Source: Trichosphaerium sp. ATCC 40318 (taxonomy: Eukaryota; Protista; Tubulinea). From it: 64,000 nt of DNA. Positions 1 through 12,948 of this stretch are shown piece after piece. Location of the stretch: positions 186,001 to 250,000 of the forward strand of contig JALMLS010000027.1 of assembly GCA_038496445.1 (NCBI GenBank), written 5' to 3'. Positions within the stretch are counted from its first letter, which is position 1; each line of letters starts with the position of its first letter. The notes under the pieces were generated by a model, which was not told the DNA's origin, did not search any database, and was given only the letters and a program-made list of their open reading frames with translations. Position numbers and translations under genes: made by a program.

Positions 1-2445
1 TCTTTAAGAATCCACCCAGCTTTGTCAGGATTAGATATCTCAGGCTTCGCTGTTGGTGCTTCCTCAGGTTCTTCTCTACAAAAAAAATTAACGTAATCAT
101 AACAAGTGCAATGCCCTTCGTACGGTGCGCCTGTAGGTTTATATGCTTTGTTAAGTCCCAAGTCCTGCTTCACCCTATCATACTCGCACAACGTAGAAGA
201 TCGTCTACGCGCAATACCTTTGTTGCCAGGGACCTAAATGCTAGCTTAACACTTACAAGAAATTAAGTCGCGGTTTTTAATTAATTGTACCCAATGAGAG
301 CTGTCATCTTCCAGGTTCAAAGGTACGTCCTGGTTTATTTTCATTGAGTGAACACGTAGATTTATAGCAGCTCCAGAAGGCCTTGCAACACGTTTACGGT
401 TATAAAAACTTTTTCTACTCGGTCTTCTAGAGCGTTGAATGATATGTGCGACTTTGAAGAAAGAATCTAATATGATGAGTTTGATTTATCTGAAATTTCT
501 TACCTCTGACGTTTTGACCCGTTTTCGCTGAAACCTCAAAGAAAGGACAATCAAAAAGCTCTGCAAGATCAGCACCTTCTTGTTTTGTTACTTGTCTGTC
601 GTTTTCGCGCTCAACTGGATATGTATAAGCTTGTATTTGCTGATTTATGAATAAAGTGTACCTTGTGTAGCTATTATAACCATTGCAAGGTTCTCTCGCT
701 CCGATACCGTCTTTATTATCTCTACAAAAGTTCGCAATAGATCGAAACTACTCTTCTTTGCTATGCTGTAACATAGAAGGTAACCAGATGCCCATGAGAA
801 CCACTAAAGTTGTGTAAAAGATATTGAAAACAAGTGATAATGTTGTGCACATTAGAGTTTCTGTTGGTGTTTTTTTTTATTGAAACTTACCTGCTGGTGC
901 TTATCAGAATGAGAAAAATCTGTACTGATGTCCAGAACATCCATCATAAGCGGTTCACGGCCACCAAGCTTGACTTCTTTGTAGTAATGCTTTTCTGAAA
1001 AAAAAATTAGTTCTTCATCGGAATCTTTGCTCCGAGAGCATACCAACAGAACCTTTTGTCCCTTCTGTGCGTTCGAAAAAATCATATCCCAACTTATCTA
1101 CAAGACCTGATTTTCCTGACTGACTACCAACCAGACACTACGAGAAAAAAAAAAGATTAATTTTCGAAGTATTTTTTTCGGACTTGGCCTTCTTTATCAA
1201 AAAAAAAAGTTACTTACAATTCTAAGCGTGCTTGGTGATACTCTATGATCAGCAGCCAAGAAATTTCTTCTCCTACGCCTACTTTTCGACTTTTTCTTTG
1301 TCTTTGTGTCCATGAGTGAAACTGTCTCATCAGGTTGAGTTTCTTTTGCTGGTTCCTCGAATATCTTCGAAACACCCTTTTGGAAGTCAGATAATTCCCG
1401 TAACAACGTGTCAAGATAATTATATTACTAAACAAGAACACATTGTCCCAACTTCAAAAAAAAATTGCCTTGTTTTCGAAAACACAAAAAAAAAAGATTA
1501 TTATGCAAGTACCGAATCTGAATGTGATCGCTTGCGCACGTGACCGTTTTCAGGTGTTTTTGAAGGTGCATTCTTTTCATCTTGTGTTTTTTCTTCACCT
1601 TTTTCGTTTGTGCCATTACTTTTATCACGTGTCGCCAAAGTAAATGACACACCTCCACCATTTGCTTCATTTTTTCTATCATTATTAAGTATACTTCCAT
1701 TAGTTCCAGAATGCTCTGTTTTAATCCGCCTTTTTTTTAGTTTTCTCGTTTGTCTCAATAAACGATCTTTAATCTTCTTCTGTGGTTGAGTATTAGAAAC
1801 CCCAGCGCCTGGGTCGGGAGTAATTTTCCTTTTAGAGTCATCTAAATCTAATTCATCCCCAAAAGCATCAATTAACTGTCTCATTCTATCGGAAGATAAA
1901 ATTTGGTCAGGTTCTACTGTAGTAGAAGGAGTTGGTGAAGTTTTTGATTTTTGCAACCCAGGAGACACACGTGGGCTCTGATGTGCGGTATTATCGCTTT
2001 TAGATAACTGTCTCGATGTACTGAAACCGTTACCGCTTGCTGGTGGTCGAGTACCCTTGCCCAAATGTACCCGCACCTGGTTTACCACACTCTTTCTATT
2101 ACGTGGTCTACTTGTATTTGATTCTGTACGCTTATTTACGAGTCTATCGTTGTTTATGTTTCTACTCTTTCGATGTGGTTTTTCCATCACTGTGGTGCTC
2201 ATAGCATTTACTGGCGAGGATTGATTGGTCGGTTGACTTTTTTGACTCTTAGGAGCAGAGCGAATTGGTTTACTTTCATAGCTCGTCAACCTATTAACGA
2301 ATGGTGCAATAGGTCTATGTCTACTCCTCTTTACTGCTAGTTTTAATGTACCACCTGTATTTTTTTCCGAAATGTCTTCCCATTTCGAGACGAGAGTTGT
2401 GAAACTAGCGCTGAGCCGTCGCCCCTGCCTTTTGCGAGTTGTCAT
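1..2445 (-). CDS. Centaurin-gamma/AGAP-like protein: long disordered N-terminus, atypical Ras-like GTPase domain, start of a PH domain; multi-exon, continues off the left edge
   Basis: Spliced translation gives LRI|CLVGSQSGKSGLVDKL (G1), MMDVLDISTD (G3 position), WFSWASGYLLCYSI, MVIIATQ|VE (G4 position), FFEVSAKTGQNV (G5), then NPDKAGWILK at 1-40, a typical first PH strand. Confidence 0.65.
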
Positions 2446-2636
2446 TGTTGCTAAGCCAGTTTTTCTGGCTGCGTTGACTCCTTTGTATCTTGTGAATTGA
2501 CATAAAAAACACTTCTCTATGCGCTAGTGTACTATGAATAACGTAGTGTAGTTAAATAATATGTTTGTTAAGTTTACATTGTTGGCAGGCACGCCAGTAC
2601 TCCAATACATGCGTGTTACGGATTTTGATCAGATTA

Positions 2637-3155
2637 TTACCATACTCGATTTGCTGAGATTATAGAAATGATCTAAGGCCATGTAAATCACAGAGTGGCT
2701 GTTTTAAGTTGTTGTACCTCATTGAACGTTGCTGGCGTCTCGTTTTTAAGTGCTAAAGACATGACGACTGGCTTGTTACATTGACTGGCAGCAAGCACCT
2801 ACAAAAGTCAACGAAGTGTCTGTTTGCGCAAAATCATACCTCTATAACGCGTCTAGGGTATATGTGGTGCGCAGGGTCGCGTTTACCAACAAGAGTGTCC
2901 ACAGTGTACGTACTATCCCCATCAATTGACATGTCCCTTGTAGCGCGCATCTACGTTATGTTAGTGTGCTTTAAGCAAATATGTTAATAATTTAGCGCGT
3001 ACAATGGTTCCAAGCTTATTTCTTTGCGTGACGACTAGAAATACAGCGTCTTTAAAGTTTGATAACAAAAATTCTGTGTGCTCTCCTTGCACCTTCGCAG
3101 CGAACTGCTTGGTTTGCACAGGAAACGTATTGGTGTTTCCTTGCCTACTTTGCAT
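2637..3155 (-). CDS. PSMG3: Proteasome assembly chaperone 3 (PAC3)
   Basis: FPVQTKQF...VFLVVTQRNKLGTI...TVDTLVGKRDP...KPVVMSLALKN...IISANRVW* matches PAC3 motifs (VVVTQxGKMGT, C-terminal VW). Confidence 0.85.
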
Positions 3156-3364
3156 GCCTATACAGTGAACAATAACTATTTACAAAATGGGCCGAACTTA
3201 AACAGATTTATTACAGCTTCGTAGGAACTTATTTACACATCAACAGGTGTCAAATTATTTTGTTCATGGGCGTGTTCTAATGAGGCTATGTACTGGAGGT
3301 AACTATTAAAGATAATTAGTGCAACATGTCAATTTTTAAAAGTATTGTTTTTTCCGCCTAGCCG

Positions 3365-3884
3365 TTATGACAGGACGTACTCGATTGACTTCTGCAAGAT
3401 AAGAGAGCGTGGAATTCTAGGACCAGCTAACATTTGTGTAAATCTTAAAATAAACGGAGAAATACAACGTACGATCTGATGGGTTAGGCAATGATGGTAA
3501 CAGCCTCTGTATGGTAAGGTACTTTTCACGTTGCTCTGTTCTACGTTGTCTCTCTGTGGCAGCGTGATGATTTCGTCTGGCGACCTCTTCTTGTACAATC
3601 CTGGCAGTATTAGGTGCTATGTAAACAAGTTAGATTACTGCTACTAATGTGAACATACTGTTGCTATAACGTTGTTGTTGATTCATGTATTCAGGTACAG
3701 GTAAAGCCATATTGATAGATGTTAAATTATTATTATGAGTGCCGTGATTGAAGTTCTCTCGAGGGCGTTGGGGATATGGAAGTTGTTCTCCTGTTGCAAT
3801 GTGAGAATAACTTAGTATTCTAAAGTACATGCCTGTGTTGTAATCCCACATGTCATTATTTTGTCCCCACGCTCTGTTATCCAT
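3365..3884 (-). CDS. Small hypothetical protein, probably multi-exon
   Basis: ORFs 3630-3884 and 3365-3598 with plausible GT-AG introns; no recognisable domain. Confidence 0.3.
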
Positions 3885-4287
3885 GCTAGTTTGAATTTTA
3901 TGATTCTAAACGTGCAGAAAAGTCATCACAATTTGTGTGAATTTCTATCATCGTGAAATTATTGACGTTTGTGATGGATTCGCCGCGTTATCATGAGCTA
4001 ATGCCTTTCGTATGATGGCAGCGAGTAAGGTAAAATCGTAAACTTACAAATGTCTAAAATCAATATATTGACAGTCTTGAGTGAAGGTAGTGTTCTTCCT
4101 ACAATAAGTTTGACGCTTTATTGAGCAATAAAGTTGTCGCAAAGTCAAAGCTAGTTTTTGTACAAACGCGAAAAGAGGTGAGCAGAGCAGTACATAAGCT
4201 ACAATTAATTTGTAGTATATCATAGTTCATTTTTTATCGCATTTAGCAAGCATTTTGTCGTTGACAGTTGATTTAGTGTAAAACAAC

Positions 4288-4986
4288 ATGAGTGACCAAA
4301 GATCAAAGGAAGGCGGCTTCAAATGGGCTCTACAAACTGGTACGTTATTTCTAGAGCAATTTTTAGTTTAGTCGTTTAACGTTTCTTGTAGGAGATTTGA
4401 CTAGCGTAAAGGATTTCATAGAGAAACAAGGGTGTCCTGTTGATGAGGCTGACGCTACAGTACAACAACGTCAACCTATTGTCTACGCTGCGGACTATGG
4501 TCAAGGCACGCGTTATTTACACCTACATAATCATTATTAATTTGAAAACCTCTAATGACATGAAATACTGACGCCAAACTAGTCGAAATCGTTAAATACC
4601 TCATCTCAAAGGGCGCTAATGTACTATAAAGCAACAAAATAATATTTTCAAACGCTAAAATGACACAAAGGTAAACTCTAAGGATAAGTTCGGTATTACG
4701 CCGCTCCTCGCTGCTACATACGAAGGTATGCCACACGGAACACATTGTTACTTCTCCGCTTCTCTGACTATTTCCTTTAGGTCACTTTGAAGTTGTAAAG
4801 TACCTTGTAAGCGTAGGTGCTGACCTAAAGGCCAAAGGACCAGATGGTACTACCGCAAAAGAAGCCGCTGAAAAAAGCGTACGTGTTTTTTAATGTTTCA
4901 CAACGCCAGAATTCATTTTCTATTAGGAAATCAAAGCTTTTTTGAAGAAGGCAAAGCAAGTAAAGGTAAAGGTTAGTGTAGAGTGA
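4288..4986 (+). CDS. MTPN: Myotrophin / V-1 (ankyrin-repeat capping-protein inhibitor)
   Basis: FKWALQTGDLTSVKDF...PIVYAADYGQVEIVKYLISKGAN...DKFGITPLLAATYEGH...KGPDGTTAKEAAE aligns along the full length of myotrophin. Confidence 0.93.
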
Positions 4987-5278
4987 TCAGACTGTCTTTT
5001 TTTTTTTCTTTTATTTTCTTTTCCCTTTGTTTAGAGTCTTAAAATTATTTTTACACTGTCCTTTGTGTTGTACGCTGACAGTTTACGCGCATAGAAGTAA
5101 AGATACCGCACTAGTAAATCGCTTGTAATGCAGACATTGTAAACACCTATCATGACAGTAGTAAAATATATGTTTTGTTAGAACAGTAGTAAAGAATAGT
5201 TATTGTTTGCTGGAAAAGGTTGACACTTGGGTGTTGCTTAAATACTCAAATTTAAGTCCGTATTTTACAAAGGGAAGC

Positions 5279-8200
5279 ATGAGCGTGTCCTCCTACCTCT
5301 CTACGCTGTCTGAGAACTGTAAGTGTTCACCAAGAGAGCCAACAGTGCAAACACCTATTGGATGCGTGTCAACTACCGTTGATGTAAAGGCAAATGACAC
5401 TATATTACGCAAAGAGCCTCTCTTTGCGCTCTCTACTTATTCAGGTACATTTCTCGGTTCAGTATTTTTTACTAACCTTTTAAGTACCCGAGTACGCGTT
5501 ATTAGAGGCTGAGGCGCTGTCTGGCGTCTTTTTTCAGCAATCAACGCAAACGCCAGACTCTGTTTTTCAAACCTTGTTTACAAGCTTTAAAACCAAGCTC
5601 GGCAATAAAATAGACCTTCTCGACGAGTTTTTAGAGGATTCGTACTCGCTCACTGTCATAATCTTAACTTCTTGGCTTATTCTAAACAAAGATGTGCCGT
5701 CATTCTTATTGGCACTTTCTCAAGTATGGTTTTTTTCTGGATGCGTCACGGTTGGTTCTCTTATTAAAACTAGAAAGTCACAGATGAAGAGACCGCACCC
5801 ATGAGCTCAGAAGATGAGGAGTTGTGGTCTTTTTTAACAAGCGCACTGCCAGAAATACAATCTTTATTTTCAAAAGCAAAATACACAAATTTTCTGTCTC
5901 TAATTGCTCGTTGTATTCTACCACTTGATGTCGAAGTTGAAGGCGATGAACCGGAGACTGAGGAAACAATTCAAGAGGAGGTTGATAGCGAAGACGCAGA
6001 TGTATATGATAGTGAAGAAGAAGAAGAAGATGATGGCGTTGTAACTTTAGGTGAGACTGAGAACTCGTTCTTGTTTAATTCTTATTTTTTTTTTTAAAGG
6101 TTACGGGTTTTTTCAGATGCCTTGTGTTTTAAATCATAGCTGCGAACCTAATTCGACAATGAGCGCTTCAGAGGTACACTGAATATGTAGAACAAGATGA
6201 TAACAGCGTTGATGCTAAACATATCCTGCATGCTTTAACAGAAGAAATATAGGTTGATGGAAGATTCTTACTTCAATTGACGGCTTTGAAAGACTTGAAA
6301 AAAGAGGATACGCTCACTATATCACTACTAAATGAAGAGGAACTTAATATGCGCATGGAAGATCGCCATGATATGCTAGGATTTGCATGCAACTGCAACA
6401 GGTAGAACAATTTTTATGGTATTGGAATCATACACAAACTTTTTTAAAGGTGTATTTCGGAGAACGTAGTAGACAACCTATGGCATTTTGAAATGCTACA
6501 TGATAAAGAGCGTAATGAAGCGTATAAAAAAGCTCTTGACACGGTCGTAAAACCACAAGACATCGTACTTGACATAGGTAAGAGTAGAGAAAGCTGTTCT
6601 TCAAAAAATTGACAACAACCTGAAGGTACTGGTAGTGGTCTGCTTGCAATGATGGCTGCTTCTGCAGGTGCAAAAAAAGTTGTTGGTTGCGAGATGAATA
6701 GTGCAATCGCAACCATTGCTTCTGATGTAGTTAAGCAAAACAACTTTGAAAATATTGTCCAAGTTGTACCGAAAGCTTCCCATGATATTGAGGTACATGC
6801 CCTAATTTCTACATAAACCTCTTTTTTAAAATAAATTCTAGATAGACCCTAAAACGGCTGTTGTTGTTACAGAAACTATGGATGCAGCGCTCATTGGTGA
6901 AGGAATATTGCCTTCGTTAAAGGTAGACACCTTTTTTTTGTTGAAGCACGCTTCTAATACTTTACAGCATGCGGTTGATACTATTGCATCTGACGATGTA
7001 CAAATAATACCATGTGGTGCAAAAGGTATTAATCTTATAGCTTGAGGTGTCTTAGCTTTATTCAACTAATAACAAAATAGTTTTTGCAACACTTGGTTCA
7101 AGTGAGATTTTAACGAAAATGTCCACTCAGCCTCCTTCAAGCTTAGCTTGTCCTCTTCAAATATCCTCTGAAGGGGAATACATCCATGTTAGACATATAC
7201 CAGACTTAGTTTATCTGACAGACCCAACACCAGCCTTTGAAGTAAGTTCAACAGCATATATTAATGAGCTTTCTTTAATGCACGTCTTGTAGTTTGATTT
7301 TAAAGCTATACAACTTGAAGGCTCTGCAAATTTGAATCTAGCTATTAAACAACCTGGTATGCTCCTTTTTCCTTCTGTAATACTGAAGTGTAATCTATTC
7401 ACTAGGTTCTATTAGCGCTGTTATTGTTTGGTGGGAAACATATCTAACTGCTGATAAAGACGTCATTATCTCCTCTGATCCATCTCAAACTGTTAATGCG
7501 CATCAACATTGGACACAAGCAGTTTATTTCTTACCAGAGAAACGTTGTGTTGATAAAGGAGATAATGTTGAGATAACTGCAATACATACTTCAACATCCC
7601 TTAAGTTTTTCTTTAAAGATACAAAACCTGTGTCTCGTGGCTTGTCATGTTCTCCTTATAGACTATGGATGCTTAATGATAATTTTTATACTGAAAATTA
7701 CCGCAAGGTACGTGGTTAGCGGACAAACAAGCAAGTTAAGCGTATTTAACTCTTCAACAAGGCAATTGAAAGCAGTTCTTCGAAAAATGTTATCTCAATA
7801 GATGGTGGTTGTGGAATGCTACCAAGCATGATCTTAGGAAGCGATACAGTAAGTGCAAGTATAAATGTTTAAGCGTTAAGGCTTTGATATTTAGGAATGC
7901 AATGTGCTTGACATTGAATGGAAAGACGAAATAGCAGCTGCTTTAAGAGAACATTTCAAAGCTGTTAAAAATATGACCATTGTTGCTTCTCAAGGCGATA
8001 TTAATCTGGATACTGTTGCAAGTGTATCAGATACTGTTGCATCTATTATAGGAGAACCTCATTTTGCTGAAGCGCTTGGTACAGTGTGGCAAAAGTCTCA
8101 TGTATTGCTATACTTCTGGTCAGTATACAAACTAAAAAAATTACTTGGAGATAAGTTAGACAGTACAAAAACTATGCCTCAGGAAGCTCACTTGATGGGC

Positions 8201-8724
8201 CAACCTGTTTGCTTTGAAACGTTAGCAAAACAATCATCACTTGTATCAAATGTCTGTGGTTATAACTTGGAGGCTTTCAACACTCTAAGAAATGAGAATC
8301 GCATAGGTACCTTTTATTGGACTGAAAATTCTGAAAAGAATTTCGTACCTGCTCTTACCTTTTTTTTTCATTAGGAAGTTACTTTGTGTGGCAGTATCCG
8401 TTTGTACAATGTGGATCTCCTAAGCGACTAGGAACAATATCTTTCTTATTCAAGGAAGATACAGAGCTAGAGAGTAATATACAACTAAGTGGTGAATTCA
8501 ACACTGAGCAAGAAGGAACTTGCAATGGTTTCATTTTTTGGTTTGACTTCACTTTGGCACCTAATGTATACTTGACACGTGATCCACAAAAGCCTTCACC
8601 AAAGCCATATGGTGTATTCTTTTTAAAACAAGATATTCAACTTGAAAAAAATGATGTCTTGTCATTTAGCGCTATTTTAGAGCTACTTTCTGGTGACTTG
8701 ACTTTTATAAATGTAAATAAGTAA
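5279..8724 (+). CDS. SET/post-SET domain fused to a PRMT7-like tandem arginine methyltransferase
   Basis: SET motifs GYGFFQMPCVLNHSCEPN, LTALKDLKKEDTLTISL and GFACNCNR|C, then WHFEMLHDKERNEAY, VLDIGTGSGLLAMMAA, VTETMDAALIGEG, HQHWTQ; second module IIGEPHF...LLYFW and FIFWFDF. Confidence 0.88.
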
Positions 8725-8909
8725 ATTGGTCTCGTGGGTGTTTCCACAAAACGCATACTGTAGCTGCCCTGTTGCAATTCATTTTCCTTCGCCCGTACTC
8801 ATAGTTGTGTGGTGATTGGTAACCACTTAGTCCACTTTAAACAAGACCTGTTTCTGCTTATTTAAGTAAATCATGATCGTGCTTAATCAAACCACGTTGC
8901 CATTTGGCG

Positions 8910-10074
8910 ATGGGTGTTACAACTTACTTGTTGACCTCTTCGTCGATACTCCCGTTAGCATTGGGACCTCCAACTACGATTAGAGTCATTAAACAGCTGT
9001 ACCCCAAACAATTTGACGGTAATCGTTTGACATTGTACCACGTGTTTATTATCTAAGGAACATACGGTTACGTTGACATTATATGGACGTTATTCATTTC
9101 TGGAGGTTTTACTGTATTTTGGAGCGGCGTTTGGCTTGAAGTTTTAAGACGAACAATACTATCTGTATGATTTACAATATTTAAAAGTTGTTTTAACAGT
9201 TTTTTGACAAACACGTGACCTACATTCATAAATCTCAAGTGCAATTAGTTGCCAATATTTTTGTGTGTCCATTCTCACATATTTTATCTTAGGTATTGCT
9301 TTTGGTTGTGAGGAGTAGAACTAGATTGTCCGGGAATAAAATAGGAATTAAACATGTAGTTGATGGTGAGTAAACTATAGGATTGTGTAGGTACCTTGAA
9401 CACTTATATTATTTGAGCTATTTCCTTTGTATCTATTTACTGGTTGCGCTCTGTACAAGAAAAGTACGTTCTATGACATCGGTTGGTTGTGTGTTTACTT
9501 CATTCCATAGTTTCATTGCAAGAAGTATTGAGGAAACTGCTCCTTTAACTTTTTTAAACTCGTTTGACGTAAGGGCGTACAACCGTACGTACATTAATTA
9601 GAAGCCTTTAATGTTGCTTAGGGTATTGTTATAAGTGCATCTGCCTATGTTGTGTGTCGTTTTATTATTATTAAAGTTTCCAGCCGTTTACGCTTTATGC
9701 AATATCGGACCCCAGAGTTAACTCTTTTGGCAACTACGATACTCGTAGCAATATTGAATCACCCTGCAGATGTCATATCGTACGAAGGAGTACTGTATCT
9801 AACAATATTATTCTGATACCTCTGCAAAGGTGTCATCAACGTGTTTTTCATACATCTTTATGGGATAGTATTACAAGTATCCAAGAACAAAATGTAAGTA
9901 GAGGTTTTTATCATGTGCACAATTAACAAATGGCAAAAGGGTTTTTGGTCAGGTGTTAGTATGCGTATTGTTGGTTGTTGCTTCCATACTCTTATTATTG
10001 TTGGTATAAGATACATACAAAGATACAAAACTAGATCACAACGACCTCCAATAGAATACAGGACACATGCTTAA
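8910..10074 (+). CDS. Divergent mitochondrial carrier family (SLC25-like) protein
   Basis: GPPTTIRVIKQ, GYVDIIWTLFISGGFTVFWSG, LNHPADVI and KGFWSGVSMRI resemble the carrier Px[DE]xx[KR] and GxxxxWxG motifs but are degenerate; internal exons uncertain. Confidence 0.5.
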
Positions 10075-10513
10075 CATTTTGCTAAAACTGAAACATGGTA
10101 TGACAATGAACAACTTACAGGCAAGAGCTGAATGTACTTCAGTTTTGAAAAGAAAAAGCAAATAAAGTACTCGGTTTGTTCCAGTTAGTAGAGCGTACCT
10201 TCCAGAAGTTTGGTGCTCTTTTTTTGTGATTGTTTTTTTCGTTTTCACTGAGACTTTGCTATTGTCTTCAAAAAATGTCTGTAAGTAAGTGATAACGCCT
10301 ACAATACGTAAGGCCATCTCTGACAACCCACATGCTCACCACCTTATTCTAGTTAGTACTCCTGTTAACAATTTCGTACATGGTTACCAGAATACAACAA
10401 ACTACTAGTCATTTCAAGATACTTGGGTGATAAGTTTATTTAATAGGGTGAAAAAAACAATATTTACAATGTGTGTTATTATCAATCCAAAATCTATCAA
10501 TCTATTTTACAAG

Positions 10514-12948
10514 CTAGGAAAACTGCTGACCAATTGGTTTTCCTTCATCATATGTGGCATTATTCACATCTTCATCAGTGACGGTCTTAAGGTTACTCCA
10601 CATAAACTTCTCATCAAACCACGCTCCAAGTTTGGCATAGTCTGTTTTTTGTGCATACGCCATAGGTACTTTGAAATAAGGGAGTAAATTATCCCAATTC
10701 ATACTAAGTTTCTTTTGGGCAGCAGAACTACGTTGTGGATCTGTAACCCAATCAATTTGTTCGAATGGTTCAACAAAACACTCGATACGAGCTTGTCTTG
10801 GCAGTGTCAAGTATGCATACATCTTGACAAGGGATACGAGATCATGCCATGGTCGTGGAGTAAAGTTGACATCACGTTTGTACTCCAGGCACAATTTTGA
10901 AGGTGCAAACAGAACGTTGCCTTGGAACAGAACTTCCACGCCTTTTTTGGCAGCACATGCCCAGTCAATAATATACAACTCATTTTCAAACCATATCACG
11001 TTTGTAAGTGAGATATCCCTGAAAGAGAAAAAAGAGTTAATAAGAGCATAATAAGTTCAAGAAAAGAAAAAAAGAAGAAAAAAAACCCACGTGAATGAGC
11101 ATACCTGTGTACAAATCCTAAATTGTGTGCAACCTTTAGTGTCTTAACAAGAGATGAAAATGAGCACACAAGTCCTGTAATAGAAAATTCATCTGCACTC
11201 AGCACTTGACCCACGGGTTCAGATACGAAAAATATTTTGTTAGGGTTCTGGTAACAACATCAGTACAAACAAGAAAGAAGGAAAAGAAAGAAAAAAACCA
11301 AAACGTACTTGTCTTCTAGGTTTCCACGATGTACATGCTACTGTTGGAACATGAGCATCCTCACACGGATTTAGCTTATTGAGTACGTCCACTTCATGTT
11401 TCGCCTCCTCCAGGAATTGTGGAAGGAGATGTTTTACAGCATAAGTCTTATCATCTGCTCGGACCTGGTAGACAGATGCTGATGCACCTTTACCAAGAAT
11501 ATTCGTTGCTGCATAGTAAGTTCCACCAATTTTAAACTGAGGTACGGTCCATCCAAGTTGCTCAGGAGAGCATGCCATGAGTTGGTTGATCATCTTTGCG
11601 CCCTCAGAGTCTTTACCGACAAAATCATATACTTCTGTAAAATAGAATTTATCGCCTTTTGCAGTTATGCCGTCCCACTCCATACGCAAGAACTGGACGT
11701 ATTTTTCATTTGAAATAACTGCTGTCACTGATGTACGTGTTGGTTGAGCAGCCACAAGGCGAATACAATACATCCTAGAAACTATGTTAACAACATACGC
11801 AAAAGAAAAAGCAAAAAAGTCACACATGCAGAGCACGAAAAAGAGATAAGATGTCATACATTATTTGTCCAAGTTTTGCTGGTTCAAAACCTTTAGATTG
11901 TCCCACAACCAACTTCACCTCCCATGGTACTATAATCTGATACGATGTTGGCAATGTAATACCAAGGTTTCTAGGTGCCAGAAGAATGTCTGGTTTAGCA
12001 AAACCGTGCGTAGATGTTTTTGGAAATGTGTGGTTACTTTTGGTGTCAAAAGCCATCATGTAATCAGACGTATTCCCCTTGTTCAACAGTTCAACAGTTT
12101 TCTCGGTGAGGTAGTCTTCCTTTTGTTGCCAGGTTTTCTTTGGTTTATCTGTGGTTTTTGTGGCTGTTCGTTGCTTGAGCATCTTTGCAAACACGTTTTT
12201 AGGCAGTCCGCGAAAATACTTTAAACATGAACCGTCGAACCATGACTTCTCCTTGAATAGTATATCTCCAAGGTCGTCGAATTTACTGTACAGTTCTGAG
12301 TACTCTAAAATAAAAGTGTCATTTGAATACACGTGTTATCACAAAAAAAAGAGTGGTAAAAAAACTGAGCGTACTCAATATTGAGAGAGAATGGAGGTGG
12401 TCCTTTCGCAGTCTTATCAATGCAATTGCAGTGCCATGTTCTTTTAGTAGTGCGTCCCTTTCAGCATCTTTCGCGTCTCTTTCAGCATCTCTTGCATCTC
12501 TTTCAGCATCTCTTTGAGCATCTTTCGCTTTCAATTTTCGAATCTCGCTCATAATAATTTCACGTTGTGCATCTTTTGCATCTCTTGCTGCATCTTTCGC
12601 TTTCAATTTTCGAATCTCGCTCATAATAATTTCATCCATACTCCTTTCTTGTTCACAACCCTCATCATATGGTATTGAACCAGTTGAGCTTCCACTATAT
12701 TTATTTGACAGACCTACGCGTGTGGTAGGACTAGTTGGCCTCAAGGTCTTTGGTGTGTGCGTAATACGGCGTTTAGTTGGACAAGTTCGTTTTATTTTGA
12801 TGATTCGGCGGCCTTTGTTTGCCAAATGTAGGGCAGGTGTTTTGGTTGCGTTTTTTTGCTTTTTGGTGAGCCTGTCGGTATTTAGTGGCGCTTTTGGGGC
12901 TTTGCGCTTGTTTGACGCTTTCTTGCGAGTTTCTCTGAGTTTGGACAT
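10514..12948 (-). CDS. REase-like + FunK1/Crinkler-type protein kinase, copy A (short basic header)
   Basis: Multi-exon: basic header, DAERDA coiled coil, KPDI...WEVK...GQIM|MY...QPTR, then kinase LGKGASASVY, YAVK, FVHR|DISLTN, IIDWACA, WHDLVSL. Confidence 0.8.

Noticed and set aside
10715-12517. Antisense ORFs recurring in the kinase copies
   Set aside because: Their conservation follows from the DNA duplication itself; no independent evidence of coding.
12440-12630. CRISPR-like or non-coding repeat array (gcatctct units)
   Set aside because: In-frame coding heptads without unique spacers.
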